From: Schizochytrium sp. TIO01
Taxonomy: Eukaryota > Protista > Bigyra: Labyrinthulomycetes
Direction: 5' to 3'
DNA length: 64,000 bases
NCBI GenBank assembly: GCA_004764695.1
Contig: SMSO01000031.1
Span: forward strand, 5,748,761-5,812,760
Positions within the stretch are counted from its first letter, which is position 1; every line of letters begins with the position of its first letter. The notes under the pieces are model-generated. The model was not told where the DNA came from. It saw nothing but the letters and a program-made list of their open reading frames with translations, and searched no databases. The translations under genes and the position numbers were made by a program. Shown in pieces: positions 16,035 through 26,479 of the stretch.

Positions 16035-18641
16035 TTACGCGTGCGTGTGGTGATGGTGGCATCCACACGTCAGGTGATCACGAAAACGACCGGCCTTACC
16101 CTCGATGTAAGGTCCTGACTGGTGAATCACGGACGCCACAGAGGGTCCAGGGCCATCATGAAGGCGAGCCTTGCCAGCAACAAAAACTTGCGTCACTTGC
16201 GCGGTTAAAAGCCGCTTGGGGTCTTCGGCGATATTTTCAGACACAACTGTGAGATCAGCAGCAAATCCTGGCTCAATGCGTCCACGAGTTGTCTCTTGTC
16301 GGGCAGCAAAATTTGCACCCAAAGTGTAAAGCTCCAAGGCTTGGACAAAGGTCAAGGTTTCAGTATCATGGAAAACCTCGGCATTCTCACGATCGTGTGA
16401 AGACGGTCGATAGATAGCATCATACATACCAAGAAGAGGTGCACAGCATTCTACCGGTGCATCGGATGAACCACTCACTTGAATTCCAGAGTTGATCAGA
16501 GTCTTCCAGGCATAAGAGTACTTGAGCTGCTCACCATGTACGCGTTCTTTGACCCATGCTGCATCTGTTGGTACAAACGTTGGCTGGATATTAGCAATGA
16601 CCCCACCTTGGGCCATTTGCTCAACGAGATCTGGACCCAAAATTTGGCAATGTGTCAACACAGGACGGTCCTTGGGGCCAAGGCCAGCACTACGGAATGC
16701 TTTGAGTGTGCATTGCGCTGCGTAATCACCGATAGCGTGCGCTTCAATCCGCAAATTCTGCTTGGATGCCTCAGTGACCATACGCAACAATTCTGCAGGG
16801 TCGTGGACGAGGATACCACGGTGATCTGGAGTTGACGATGGGGTAGAATCTTGATGACCAGACTCGCTCTGTTTACTATCGTCAAGATTCCGCAAAGCGG
16901 CAGTATTGGATCCAAGGGCACCATCAGTGAATTTTTTCACCCGGTCTACAGCCAGCATACCAGTAGAGCTTGCCCAGGGGCCATCAATTTCACCAAGTAA
17001 AGGAGTAAGTTGCACACGCAGAGGAAGTTTACCCTCTTGATCAAGCTTACGATATACTTCAAGAGTAGCTTCGTCATTGGTTTCTACACCGGTAAGTCCA
17101 TGACGGAGGCACTCATTGAGACCTTCCGTGACAGATTGTGCAAGGATTGCAGGATTTGTCTCCTTAACGTGAGCAACAACGGCCTCTGTAGCACGTTCAC
17201 GGAGTACACCTGTTGCTTCGCCTGTAATAGGGTCGGTGTCAATTTGCCCACCTGCTACAGGTTTGGGGTTTGTAATGGAGATATGAGCTGCCTCCAGTGC
17301 ACCTGTATTTGCCACTAGAATGTGCAAGCACACACGCCACAGTACAACCTTGGTACCTTCCGGAACAACCTCATCAAGGTCTTGACGAGTGGGGAGAATC
17401 CCACCCATCTTTTCGTGATCCCAACCTGTGCCCAGAATCCACTTTCGATCCGGGTTCGCAGCAGCGAACTTGGCTAGACGTTGCTTGAGCTCAGAAATAC
17501 TTTTGCATCCGAGTAAATCCAAGTTGCGTTTCTTTTCACCAAGCTGGTACACATGGATATGCGCATCAACGAGGCCGGGCAGTACATAGCCACCTTGGAG
17601 GTCATGGACTTGCTGTTTTAATTCCTCTTTCTTATCTGCTGTTTCATCTGCATCTGGTGCGTTCTGTAATAAGGTCGGCACAGGACGGAGATCACTGATC
17701 TTTCCATCTCGGAGTACTAGTTCATGGTCCAAATCAGTAAAGGCGCAGGTTTCCCATTGCCAAAAGTGACCATTACGAAGAATGAGCTCTTCGCCCTTCT
17801 TCTCGTCAGCGTGCGGCGTGTTTGCATCTTGACCATCTTGGCCTCGGAAAAATGACACCAGTTGGGCAAGAGGAGAAGAAGAGGAAATATCAGGCGACGC
17901 GGGGGGTACTTGCTCTGCAGTAATAGTGGAGGGGTATGTAGGCATTTTCATGTGCGAGGGAAGTTGCATCTTGATCATTGCTGGAACCCACTGAGGAAGC
18001 TTCTTGGTCACGGTCTTCATGACAAGTGTGAATACCATCTTTTGACCTTCGGGGGAGAAATGCAAGCCATCCGAAAGCAACGCCGTCAAGTTCGCACACG
18101 TGTAAAGCGTTGAAAATAAGTCAACCACAATAACATTATCGACCTCTGCAAAAGTTTCAACACACAGCCTTGCGTAATTCTTGGTGTTCGCATTAGTGCG
18201 TTCGAGCTGGCCTGTAGCCTTATCTCCATATTTCTTACGTTGATGCTCAAGTCGCATACCCTCATCCACCGGTGGTGGTGTAAGAACTAAAATCTTCACT
18301 TGGCGCTCCTTATCCTTGATCATTTGCACCATAGCTTTCAGATTTTCGCAGTACTCGTCCAAAGGCACAAATTGTTTGGCTCCAGTTGTGCTGAGGACAG
18401 CATCGTTAGCACCGATCCAGATAATCGCTAATTCGCTGTCGACTCCAGATTTTACGGGCGGAAGCTGCTCCAAGAGATTGCCCAGGCCTGCGCGAAGCCA
18501 TCTTGAGTTATACCCCGAGAAACCACGTACCACGACATCCGCTCGACCGGTGAACACTGACGCAAGTCTGTTGCACCAACCTCCCTCCTCGCCGCCGCCG
18601 CGGGCTACAAGGCTATCGCCAAACACCGAGATGCGTTTCAT
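16035..18641 (-). CDS. SGNH/GDSL esterase (IAH1-like) fused to amidohydrolase-3 (YtcJ/LAF3-like)
   Basis: SGNH blocks FGDSL, RGFSGYNS, IGAND and DGLH in the N-terminal ~220 aa. Amidohydrolase motifs VLPGLVDAHIH, WILGTGWD, KKFTDGALGSNTAAL, HAIGD, THCQ, SSDAPV and GRIEPGFAADL. Single open frame; first ATG at 18639-18641 (MKRISVFGDS). Confidence 0.9.
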   Translation of the reverse strand: MKRISVFGDSLVARGGGEEGGWCNRLASVFTGRADVVVRGFSGYNSRWLRAGLGNLLEQLPPVKSGVDSELAIIWIGANDAVLSTTGAKQFVPLDEYCENLKAMVQMIKDKERQVKILVLTPPPVDEGMRLEHQRKKYGDKATGQLERTNANTKNYARLCVETFAEVDNVIVVDLFSTLYTCANLTALLSDGLHFSPEGQKMVFTLVMKTVTKKLPQWVPAMIKMQLPSHMKMPTYPSTITAEQVPPASPDISSSSPLAQLVSFFRGQDGQDANTPHADEKKGEELILRNGHFWQWETCAFTDLDHELVLRDGKISDLRPVPTLLQNAPDADETADKKEELKQQVHDLQGGYVLPGLVDAHIHVYQLGEKKRNLDLLGCKSISELKQRLAKFAAANPDRKWILGTGWDHEKMGGILPTRQDLDEVVPEGTKVVLWRVCLHILVANTGALEAAHISITNPKPVAGGQIDTDPITGEATGVLRERATEAVVAHVKETNPAILAQSVTEGLNECLRHGLTGVETNDEATLEVYRKLDQEGKLPLRVQLTPLLGEIDGPWASSTGMLAVDRVKKFTDGALGSNTAALRNLDDSKQSESGHQDSTPSSTPDHRGILVHDPAELLRMVTEASKQNLRIEAHAIGDYAAQCTLKAFRSAGLGPKDRPVLTHCQILGPDLVEQMAQGGVIANIQPTFVPTDAAWVKERVHGEQLKYSYAWKTLINSGIQVSGSSDAPVECCAPLLGMYDAIYRPSSHDRENAEVFHDTETLTFVQALELYTLGANFAARQETTRGRIEPGFAADLTVVSENIAEDPKRLLTAQVTQVFVAGKARLHDGPGPSVASVIHQSGPYIEGKAGRFRDHLTCGCHHHHTHA

Positions 18642-19259
18642 GCTTGGCTTATGTCTCAAGCCTGTCTCAAACGAGTCGTGCTCAGTTTTGGATTTGATCA
18701 GGGTTGATCTTGGCTTATCTTCAATTTTGATTCTACTTTGTGAATCCTTTCAAGAATTTACAAATCTTTCTTTCTTTTGTTTTGTTTCATTTCGTTTCTT
18801 TCACTTCCACTAACTAAAGCAAACTACCACGGGTTGCTTTACTACTATGATTTAGCTTGAGAGGCACATAGCTAATTTCATTAGTCTGGTGGGACCGCAC
18901 CACGCGCACGGAGTTTTGTAGCAAAAGGTCAAAATCTTTTTCTCTTAACTTAAAAAATAAATTTATATGTTATATATATAATGAACTTTTAAAATAAAAT
19001 TGTATATAAAATGAACTAAGCCTACTCATTGCTATTGTAACCCTATGTAATAGTGGAACATGAGATGGACCAGTACTACTACAGTATCAAATATCAAGCC
19101 CTATAGATCGAGGGATTCGAAGCGCGATAAAAGAAAAGTAAAGGTAAGAAATATGAGAAATAAAAAAAATGTTCTTTCTCAACTTGAAAGGCGGAATCTC
19201 CTTCAATGAATTCCAATTGTGCAAATTAATTCCCTTTCGCGATCCAATTCGGTTGCTGG

Positions 19260-19887
19260 GCTTCTGCAGGCACCGGCAGAAGCGAGAAGCCCATGCGCGG
19301 AGGCGACTGGGCTGCGAATTGAGCCGGTCGGCCACGAGGGCTTGTGTCGCCCTAGACGCGGAAATTTCTGCAGCGGCGGGTTGTCCCGAGATGACGAACG
19401 CACAGTAATGAGCCAACGTGAAACAGAACCCGAACTAGCCACGAGTTTTGAAGTCTTCAGCTTTCCTGCGAGACTCCCATGCGCTGCTTCAACTTGCAGG
19501 TGCCAGCGCGCGTGCAAGTGCTTTGCGGTGAGCATGTCACTCACCACCCAGGTAGCTCACCCGCATCACAAACAAAGCGTTCGTTGGCTGTCTGCTTCGA
19601 GGGAGGAGGTTAGCGAACTAGGATCGAAGTGTTGCAGCGTTTTCACAAATGCTGCGCTAAGGCCGAGGTGAAGCCCAGGCAGCGTTCATGGGTCTTCAAG
19701 TTATCTTCGGATTGTGTAAAACATACGTAGATACCTGCGAAAGGCGGAAGGTGGTTGGTTCCCTGCTCAAGTTGCCGCAGCACTGACTCATTGGGTAATA
19801 GTAGGTACCCACCGCGCATGGTACCAGATAGTACAGGCATTATTGCAAAAAGGAACTAGCTGTGAGAACTGCACAGAAATATCCGCG
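19260..19887 (+). ncRNA. Candidate structured non-coding RNA, family unassigned
   Basis: GC-rich island with no credible ORF. Long-range stem 19357-19370/19874-19887 (13 of 14 pairs) plus several local hairpins, some with G-U pairs. Confidence 0.3.
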
Positions 19888-21680
19888 ATTTAGAAGATGA
19901 TAGTGAGCGAAGGTACTTCGGGGGAAGCGTGACTCGTGTGGTGCAATGCAGCACAACTCAGCAAGGCCATGGGGTAAACCAGCAGGGTATTGCGAAAGTG
20001 GAGATTAAATCTGCTCATCATACCATGTGTATGATCTGACAACCACCCCGAGATATACCTTGCTTGTGAGCACTATGGCCTCGCTCTTATCTTTGAAAAG
20101 ATTAAGGTTAAAGTTCCGATAGGTTCTTTGCAAAATGGCTCAAGAGCCTCCGCATTTCACAAGTTGAGGCAGGCACAGCTAAGTTTTTGATTGCAAAGGA
20201 TTATCTTGCAGACAATCACGTTAAGTGAGTGTAGTAGCAACAACAATGCAATGTACGGAAGAAACTAGAAGCGTCCTCTGTAGTAAGTAAGCACCAATAA
20301 ATTGACTGATTTGCCTTCAAAGTTTGGCGTCGCAAATATTCTATACCGCACTTCACTGGCCATGGTGTTTCCTGCCAACCTCAATTCCTTGGCTCGGTCG
20401 TCTCCATCAGCCAGCCTCGCAGCCACCTTTCCACTTTCCCCCCATATTCCACTCTGTCATTCTCTAGAGCTAGCTAGAGGATGTATCATCATAAATTTAC
20501 TGTACATTAAAATACACCCTCCACATCGTATTAAAACCTTTAAAATACAGCGTGACGAAGTAGTCGGTAACCGACTCGACCCCAACTATGGGTATTAATA
20601 CGCATAATTGTGCTAGCTGGTAGGTAGTATTGTAAAGAGCTGGATTTATACTGAATTGATCTTTTCTTGAGAAGAAGATATTTTACTGCGCCATGTAATT
20701 ACTATAAGTTTAGATTTTTAAAGGCTGCTTTTGGATGTTTTAGGTGTTTTCAAATTGGCTTGATTTTGAAATTGAGGATTGATTTTCGAATTTGAGCTCT
20801 TAAGGCAGTTCAGGATCGCTCCCGCCACTGCTCCGTGCCGCTTCGAGGGTGGCGCCCCCCGCGGTGGACCGCTCCGATCGCTCCCACGCACCTCGCTGCC
20901 GCTCTTTCTCTGAGCAGCGTCAGCCTGTTTCCTTGGGTCACTCTTTTCTGCCTCAGGTTGGCCATCCAGGGAAGGACAGTCTGCCGGTATCCAACGCTGT
21001 TCCTTAAACCGCCCGGTCTCGGCTTCTTCCGCACGCCCAGCGCCTTATTATTGGGCTGTTGACGTTGCTCCTTGGACCTTTGTCTCTAGTGCCTTGAGAC
21101 CCTTCTCCTCGCAATCCGGCGCCTTCAGCTGTGTTTCCAACGAATATCCAACCTCATCTAGTTGTCAGCTTCGGGGCTCTATTTCTTCTTCGCCTTTCGT
21201 ATCGCTGTGCTTTGGGCTACTTCTTGCTACAGAGTGAATTTCCTACCGCCTGATATCTTCTGGCCAGGCCTAATCTAGTGCTCTGGAGACAGTTTCGTCT
21301 TCGAGGTGAGACTAGCTGGATACACATATAATAAAAGCACATACTATATATATAGCAGATAGATCATTTCAATTCGTCTGCTTTTACGAATACCTGGAGC
21401 TGTATACGATCGGTACAGCAAGCGCGCTCGCCTTTGTTAGATTAAGTCGATTGACCACCTCTCAGGGTTCTTCTGCAGTAGTGTGGAGATAGTACTTGAT
21501 AAATTCCAGGTACATTGGTTCGGGACATTGCTCGTTTGGGAGGAGATCTTCAATCAAATTTATCCACCCCCTAGACATCTATATATCTACCGATCTAAGA
21601 AGAAAGCTTGAAACGTGCATTTCTTCATAGCTCGTAGCTCGTGGCGTGGGCTCGCTGCGATATATCTCTCGTGACTCAGT

Positions 21681-21682
<2 letters not shown>

Positions 21683-21711
<29 letters not shown>
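21683..21711. repeat. (GCT)n microsatellite upstream of the myosin CDS
   Basis: Direct reading. Confidence 0.9.
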
Positions 21712-22318
21712 CTAGGTCTCTGGCGTTGAAATTGAGCTTGTAAAACCCATCCTCGTGTTTGCATCTATTTGGGATATTCATCGTAGACGAGAAAGTCGAC
21801 TGGCCGCTATCGACCGCCACTAGGCGCCGTGTGGACCTGGACATCTTTCTTGCACCGATACAACATAGCTCGAGCAGGTTTTTTCTATTTGCCATATCTA
21901 TCTCCTGTCACTTATCTATTTAGGCTAGGCTATCAGAGTTCTGGGAACTTGGGATTGCAAAAGTGTACTTAGGTGTAGAACTGTAGAGCGAACTCCCTTC
22001 GTGGCAAGTTTCGTTGCAGCCTGTTGGATTATTGGGTGTAGTGCTCTGCGAGACAAGCAGTCTCAGGAACCCGCTCCACGCCCACCTGCTGACGGCAGGT
22101 ACTATCAGGAGAGCATAAAAACTCTCATCACAACAAATTAAGGACCTGCAAAGAACGCTGAGAGTTCTTCCTTTGATCGCTGGCTTTGTTCGTTTGCCCT
22201 GGAGGCCAACGAGCTAATAAGCGAGTGAGTTAAAAAAATACAAAAATACAGAGGATCTACAAAGCAGCAGAATTAGTAGCAGCCGGGACCGCTAAAGGCT
22301 AGAGTAGCTCACAAGACC

Positions 22319-25300
22319 ATGGGTGACAATGAATGGCACTATACAGATGCCAGCGACCAAGACGTTGGACCCGTAGCCATTACTGTGCTACAAGCACAAT
22401 TTAAGGCTGGTGTAATCCACCAAGAGACCTTTATCTGGCACCCGACCGAAGTCCAGGCCTGGACCTTTTTCCGGGACCTTAACCCATCTGTGCGGGCAAA
22501 GATTGAGCCACCCAAGCCAAGACCCGCAAGTAGACCTCGTCCTCCTCCAGTTGCACAGCGACCAAAACCCCCGCCGCGTACTTCTGTGCCAGCAGCTAGC
22601 ACCAACACCGAAGCAGCTCCGCAAACCGGTGCCAGACCCCCTGCCCCAGGCGGCCCGCGACCAGCGGCTCCGCAACCTGCAGCAAGACGCACGGAGATCC
22701 CGCTCCAGCGTTCGCCATCTTCAGGAGGCCACCAGCGAGGCAACTCAAACGGCAGCAGTCAGCTTAGCGGCGCTGCTCTTGCTGCAGCAACTGCCTCTGC
22801 CAAGCGTCGAAGTTTTGTGGCAAATCCACCTGCTCCAGGAGGCAACATGGTTGCATCTCGACGCATGAACCGCAATGTATCGGCGCATGGCAAGTCGCTT
22901 CTACTCAATGCAGGTCTCGCCACCACAGAGTCTGGCTGGATGGAACGCAAGACCGCAGATGGCGTGCCCTACTACCACAATGTCAGCACCGGTGCTCTAA
23001 GCTGGGACAAGCCTGACGAAATGAAGGATGCCTATGAGGTTGAGAATGAGCAGGGTAACTGGGTATGGGTCCCCGACGAAGTTGATGGCTACGTTCCGGG
23101 CTTGCTCATGCGGTCTCGCCCTGATGGTCGCTCCGTTGTACAACTTGAAAATGGATCCGAGGTGACCACAAAACCTGGCCAAAGTGTACACCCGCTCTCC
23201 AAATCATCCTTGGCGCGTACTGAACGCGATCTCACCTTGCTGGATAGCCTAGATGAGGGTCTCATTTTATACAACCTGCGCGAACGTTTCGAGAGGCAAC
23301 AGCAGATCTACACTTGGATTGGTACCATTCTTATTTCAATCAACCCATACGAGACTTTCCCCATCTATGGCGTAGAAAACATTTATGCATATAAGAACCG
23401 TGGTAACCGTATTCTTGACCCGCACGTTTACGTGGTCGCTGATGAGGCGCTCAAGCCACTTCTTGAGTACGGTGAGAACCACTCGATTCTTATCAGTGGT
23501 GAAAGTGGTGCTGGTAAAACCTGGGCCACAAAGCAATGTTTGGCATATTTGACAGAGGTTACACAGCGCGGCGGTGCTCAAGTAGCTTCCAGCGGCGCCT
23601 CTTCGGTTGAGGGTAAAATTCTTGCTGCTAACCCGATCCTCGAAGCCTTTGGTAATGCCAAAACCATCCGCAACGATAACTCATCTCGTTTTGGCCGCTT
23701 CACAGAAGTTCATTTTAAGGAGTCCGGCAAGATTGATGGTGCTCGTATTGACAATTTCCTGCTCGAGAAGAGTCGCGTGGTCCGTCAAGGCAAGGGTGAG
23801 CGTAACTACCATGTTTTTTACCAGTTGCTGTGCTCTGATCGCATTTCGAGCCTTGGCTTGGGTTCCATGGATTCCTTTTCTTACCTCAATGGTTCCGGAT
23901 GCTACACTGTCGATGGTGTAGATGACCGCAATGAATACGAAGTTGTGCTGCAGGCATTTGATGAGATGGGCTTCACTCGCGACGAGATCGAGTGGATCTT
24001 TGACCTGGTAGCCGCAATTCTTCATCTGGGTAATGCTTCTTTTGTTTCTGATGGTGGGGAGGGATCTCGTCTCTCCTCCCAGGGTCAGGCATGCATGAAG
24101 TGGATTGCTCGCTTGCTACAGGTTGATGAGAAGGACCTCGAGTTTGGTCTTACACACCGTTCTATTGAGGTACGTGGAACTGTGACTAATATTCCCCTCA
24201 AGCCTCACGATGCCAAGGACTCGCGTGATGCCTTGTCCAAATCTATCTATGGTCAGCTCTTCGACTGGCTTGTTGAGCGTGTGAACAAATCCCTTGCAGG
24301 TTCCCCGCGTCCGTGGGCGTTCATTGGTCTCTTGGATATCTTTGGTTTTGAGATCTTCGAGAAGAACTCATTCGAGCAGCTCTGCATCAATTTTACCAAT
24401 GAAAAATTGCAGCAAATTTTCAACCGTGATACTTTCCAGCTTGAAGAGCGCTTGTACCAGAGCGAGGGCGTTGACTTCGAGCACATCAAGTATGTGGATA
24501 ACCAACCGATTTTGGATATGATCGAGAAGAAGCCGGTGGGTCTCTTGCTCATGCTTGACGACATGAACCGTATGCCGCGTTCCACTGATGATGGTTTCGT
24601 AGCTAAGGCAGATACGAACCACAGCTCCTCCCAATTCTACATTTCCAGTACGATCACACGTCGTGGAAATCAGTGTTTTACGATTCGTCACTATGCCGGT
24701 GATGTGGTGTACAACGCAGACGGGTTCTTGGCGAAGAACAAGGACTTGCTCTACAAGGATCTCTACGATGCCATGACAGCATCGAAGTCGACAAAAACTG
24801 CTGCCATGTTTCCTGCCATGGATAATAACAGCCGCGCCAAGTATTCTCTGGGTGCGCAATTTCGCAAGCAGCTTGATCGACTCATGTCTATCCTTAGCGC
24901 TACGCAGACTCACTACATTCGTTGCGTCAAGCCGAACGAACAAAAGTTGCCCCGCACCTTTGATGCCAGTCTCAGTCTCGAGCAGCTGCGTTACTCAGGT
25001 GTGTTCGAGGCTGTTCGTATTCGTAAGCAAGGTTTCCCCTTTCGATACAAATACGAGCGCTTTGTGGAGCGTTACAAGTGCGTGTTGATGCGGGGTACCA
25101 AGTGGGTGCCAATTGAAGGCCGGACCGCACGCGATCAAACGCGTTTCATTCTCGATGGTACTGGTCAAGACTTTTCCGAGGTTCGCTTTGGTAAGACTAT
25201 GGCTCTCTACCGTTCTGAACAACATCGTTTACTCGAGCTGTTGCGCGCCCTTGCGCTGGAGCGTGTGTGCGCTATGATCCAGGCTATTGCTCGTGGGTAC

Positions 25301-26479
25301 ATGGCTCGGCGTTTCGTACAAAAGGTCCGCTTTGTGCAGCCCAAGTTGGAGTCTGCAATTCGTTCACGAGATGTGGGTGAGCTCGACAAGGCCTTGGCAG
25401 AGTTCTCTCGGGTTTGTGGCCACTTCTCCTCCATGGTAGCCGACACTGGTGTCGTGGCCAAGGCAAAGCGCCTGCGGTATGCTCTTGTGGAGTGGGAGAA
25501 GCTGGCACAAGAGATGAACCAAGTGGTGCGTCTCGATGTGGCTAACGATGATTTGGCTTTCGAAGCGCTCAAGAACGTGGTGTGGAAGTCCGAGAAGCTT
25601 TTGGACGAGCCAGGTACTGAATGGCATATGCAAATGTACGAGTACTCCAAGAACATGTTCGAGCAACAGCGTGCTGCGCGCCTCGAGCCAAAGTTGCAGC
25701 ATGCTATGGAAATGTTGGAGCGCGATTTGATGTCCGAGGTATATTCGGAGTGCAAAAATTTGCGTTTCGAAGATCCTCGTTTGGCCGACATCGAGCGATT
25801 TGTGGGTTTAAACGAGGAGGACCTGCTCAAGATGCAGTACCGCAAGGCGAAGAAGCTTGGCTTGGCAGAACGTGCACAGGACAAAGAGATTCGGATCCGC
25901 GAGATGACTTTGGATCGTATTCCCGGGCAATTTGTCTTCGAGCAATTCAACAACTTTCGCGATCCAGTCGAATTTGCTTCTCACTCGCTCAAATTCTGGA
26001 TGCGCGAGGAACTCCAACGCACTATGTTCAAGTGGCAAAAAACACCCATCAAGACGTCATTGACGCAGATGGATCCTGGTCCGTCCAAGCAAGCCACACG
26101 TATTCACAAGGCAATCTTGGGATGGTGTGGTGACAAGTCAAACCCGAACCCCAATTCCCTCCTGTATGAGGTAGTCGAGCTTGGAATGCAGGGTCAGCCT
26201 CTGGCGGATGAGATTTACTGCCAAATCGTAAAGCAGCTTACGGATAACCCAAACCATCAATCCTGTTCGCAGGCATGGAAGCTTTTGGGCACATGCGCAA
26301 CATACTTCCCTCCAAGCACGGATCTTGCCAACTACGTTCATGTGTTCTTGCGCAACAATGCACCTTCGAACCTCCAGCCCCGCCTTACGCAGCAGCTTTA
26401 CTCTGTTGAGTATAACGGATGCACAGTCTCTCCGCCTACGGTGGACTCAATCTCAAGTGTAGCTAGCCAATGGGCTTAG
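22319..26479 (+). CDS. Unconventional myosin: GYF_2 - Pro-rich - WW - SH3-like - motor - IQ - MyTH4 (myosin IV-like architecture)
   Basis: P-loop GESGAGKT, LEAFGNAKTIRNDNSSRFG, FLLEKSRV, LLDIFGFE, NSFEQLCINFTNEKLQQ, HYIRCVKPN. IQ motif IQAIARGYMARR. WW domain GWMERKTADGVPYYHNVSTGALSWDKP. MyTH4 DEIYCQIVKQLTDNP...AWKLL...FPPS. Intronless, 1386 aa. Confidence 0.96.
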   Translation: MGDNEWHYTDASDQDVGPVAITVLQAQFKAGVIHQETFIWHPTEVQAWTFFRDLNPSVRAKIEPPKPRPASRPRPPPVAQRPKPPPRTSVPAASTNTEAAPQTGARPPAPGGPRPAAPQPAARRTEIPLQRSPSSGGHQRGNSNGSSQLSGAALAAATASAKRRSFVANPPAPGGNMVASRRMNRNVSAHGKSLLLNAGLATTESGWMERKTADGVPYYHNVSTGALSWDKPDEMKDAYEVENEQGNWVWVPDEVDGYVPGLLMRSRPDGRSVVQLENGSEVTTKPGQSVHPLSKSSLARTERDLTLLDSLDEGLILYNLRERFERQQQIYTWIGTILISINPYETFPIYGVENIYAYKNRGNRILDPHVYVVADEALKPLLEYGENHSILISGESGAGKTWATKQCLAYLTEVTQRGGAQVASSGASSVEGKILAANPILEAFGNAKTIRNDNSSRFGRFTEVHFKESGKIDGARIDNFLLEKSRVVRQGKGERNYHVFYQLLCSDRISSLGLGSMDSFSYLNGSGCYTVDGVDDRNEYEVVLQAFDEMGFTRDEIEWIFDLVAAILHLGNASFVSDGGEGSRLSSQGQACMKWIARLLQVDEKDLEFGLTHRSIEVRGTVTNIPLKPHDAKDSRDALSKSIYGQLFDWLVERVNKSLAGSPRPWAFIGLLDIFGFEIFEKNSFEQLCINFTNEKLQQIFNRDTFQLEERLYQSEGVDFEHIKYVDNQPILDMIEKKPVGLLLMLDDMNRMPRSTDDGFVAKADTNHSSSQFYISSTITRRGNQCFTIRHYAGDVVYNADGFLAKNKDLLYKDLYDAMTASKSTKTAAMFPAMDNNSRAKYSLGAQFRKQLDRLMSILSATQTHYIRCVKPNEQKLPRTFDASLSLEQLRYSGVFEAVRIRKQGFPFRYKYERFVERYKCVLMRGTKWVPIEGRTARDQTRFILDGTGQDFSEVRFGKTMALYRSEQHRLLELLRALALERVCAMIQAIARGYMARRFVQKVRFVQPKLESAIRSRDVGELDKALAEFSRVCGHFSSMVADTGVVAKAKRLRYALVEWEKLAQEMNQVVRLDVANDDLAFEALKNVVWKSEKLLDEPGTEWHMQMYEYSKNMFEQQRAARLEPKLQHAMEMLERDLMSEVYSECKNLRFEDPRLADIERFVGLNEEDLLKMQYRKAKKLGLAERAQDKEIRIREMTLDRIPGQFVFEQFNNFRDPVEFASHSLKFWMREELQRTMFKWQKTPIKTSLTQMDPGPSKQATRIHKAILGWCGDKSNPNPNSLLYEVVELGMQGQPLADEIYCQIVKQLTDNPNHQSCSQAWKLLGTCATYFPPSTDLANYVHVFLRNNAPSNLQPRLTQQLYSVEYNGCTVSPPTVDSISSVASQWA

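Noticed and set aside
21306-22251. Possible 5' UTR intron of the myosin gene (GTGAGA...CTAAT...TACAG)
   Set aside because: The signals are plausible but there is no reading-frame constraint to test them; needs cDNA.
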